Part shown: piece after piece, positions 24,270 to 24,886 of the stretch
Layout of the letters: every line of letters begins with the position of its first letter
Position numbering within the stretch: the first letter of the stretch is position 1
From: a virus
Taxonomy: Duplodnaviria > Caudoviricetes
Virus record (IMG/VR): IMGVR_UViG_3300031454_000246
Location: 1 to 24,886 of that record
Length of the DNA stretch: 24,886 bases
Strand: one strand, 5' to 3'
Program-made: the position numbers and the translations under genes
Notes under the pieces: model-generated
Databases searched by the model: none
Told to the model about the DNA's origin: nothing
Seen by the model: only the letters and a program-made list of their open reading frames with translations

Positions 24270-24886
24270 ACCATCACTTTCCTTCCTGCTGCTAGTCGCC
24301 CGCGCAGCCGCGTCGCCATCTGCGCGTCACGCGTCTCCGGGTCGGGGATCACCGCGTCGTCGAGCCCCAATGCCCGGAAGAAGGTGTCCTCGTCCGGGCA
24401 GGCCATCGGCGGCTCCGGCGCATTCCGCACCGTCAGCCGGTCCCGTTCCGGCCCCGCCTTGTAGCGGAACGGCCAGAGGTAGCCGTGCGCGTGCATCCAG
24501 CCGTTGGGGAGGCATCCGCCGTCGCGCCGCTGGGTCACCAACAGCTTGCTGAATTCGTAGTCACCCGTCCGAATGGCGACCGTGTTGCCGAAGTTGTCCG
24601 GCGAGTCCGCGATCCACAGTTCGAGTTCGACACCGCCCGCCTGGGGGAGCAGGAAGCGTTTCTGTCTGGGGCCATCGACGCGCCGGTCCTGCTGGGGGAG
24701 CTTCAGGTCGCCGTGCAAGACCAGGCGGGCCAGCAGGGTATCGAGGCGGCTTTTGCTGCTGCCCGGCTCGCCGAAGACCGGCGCAGCGGGCTTGGAGATA
24801 ACGGCCAACTCGATGTCCTTGATCTGCGCCTTCAGCCGCCTGACGCTGCCAACGACCATCAACTGGTGGCAGGCCGGGGCCAGGAG
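24266..24886 (-). CDS. PolX / DNA polymerase beta-like nucleotidyltransferase (5' end outside the window)
   Basis: LAPAC..L.V.GSVRR.K....DIE, RTG..EF and E...F..LGL...P..R; frame open to the window edge. Confidence 0.85.
   Translation of the reverse strand, partial: LLAPACHQLMVVGSVRRLKAQIKDIELAVISKPAAPVFGEPGSSKSRLDTLLARLVLHGDLKLPQQDRRVDGPRQKRFLLPQAGGVELELWIADSPDNFGNTVAIRTGDYEFSKLLVTQRRDGGCLPNGWMHAHGYLWPFRYKAGPERDRLTVRNAPEPPMACPDEDTFFRALGLDDAVIPDPETRDAQMATRLRGRLAAGRKVMV

Noticed and set aside
1-24886. Genome-wide TAG reassignment (genetic code 15)
   Set aside because: TAG terminates many genes at proper operon junctions (e.g. 200, 6891, 9808, 13089, 13464, 15918)

Overview
GC-rich long-tailed (siphovirus-type) phage or prophage segment. 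Almost all genes are on the minus strand. Read from the right end, it contains a PolX-like nucleotidyltransferase cut by the window edge, a VRR-NUC nuclease, small hypothetical genes and an HNH gene. These are followed by the small and large terminase, a portal gene interrupted by one in-frame TAG, a MuF/gp7-like minor head protein and a lower-GC accessory cluster. The rest is the prohead protease/scaffold, head decoration protein, major capsid, head-tail connectors, tail tube, the tail chaperone G/GT pair with a -1 frameshift, and an 1838-aa tape measure protein with C-terminal muralytic domains. Two nuclease cassettes sit in the tail operon on the opposite strand: a lone intact tnpB (IS200/IS605-type, with omegaRNA and right end), and a multi-Zn-finger HNH gene behind a pseudoknotted RNA leader. 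The most unusual feature is a repeated unit of Com-like Zn-ribbon gene, overlapping promoter and conserved terminator-like leader, found in front of both the packaging and capsid operons. A third Zn-ribbon gene lies at the left edge. All product calls come from motif recognition and gene order, not database searches.
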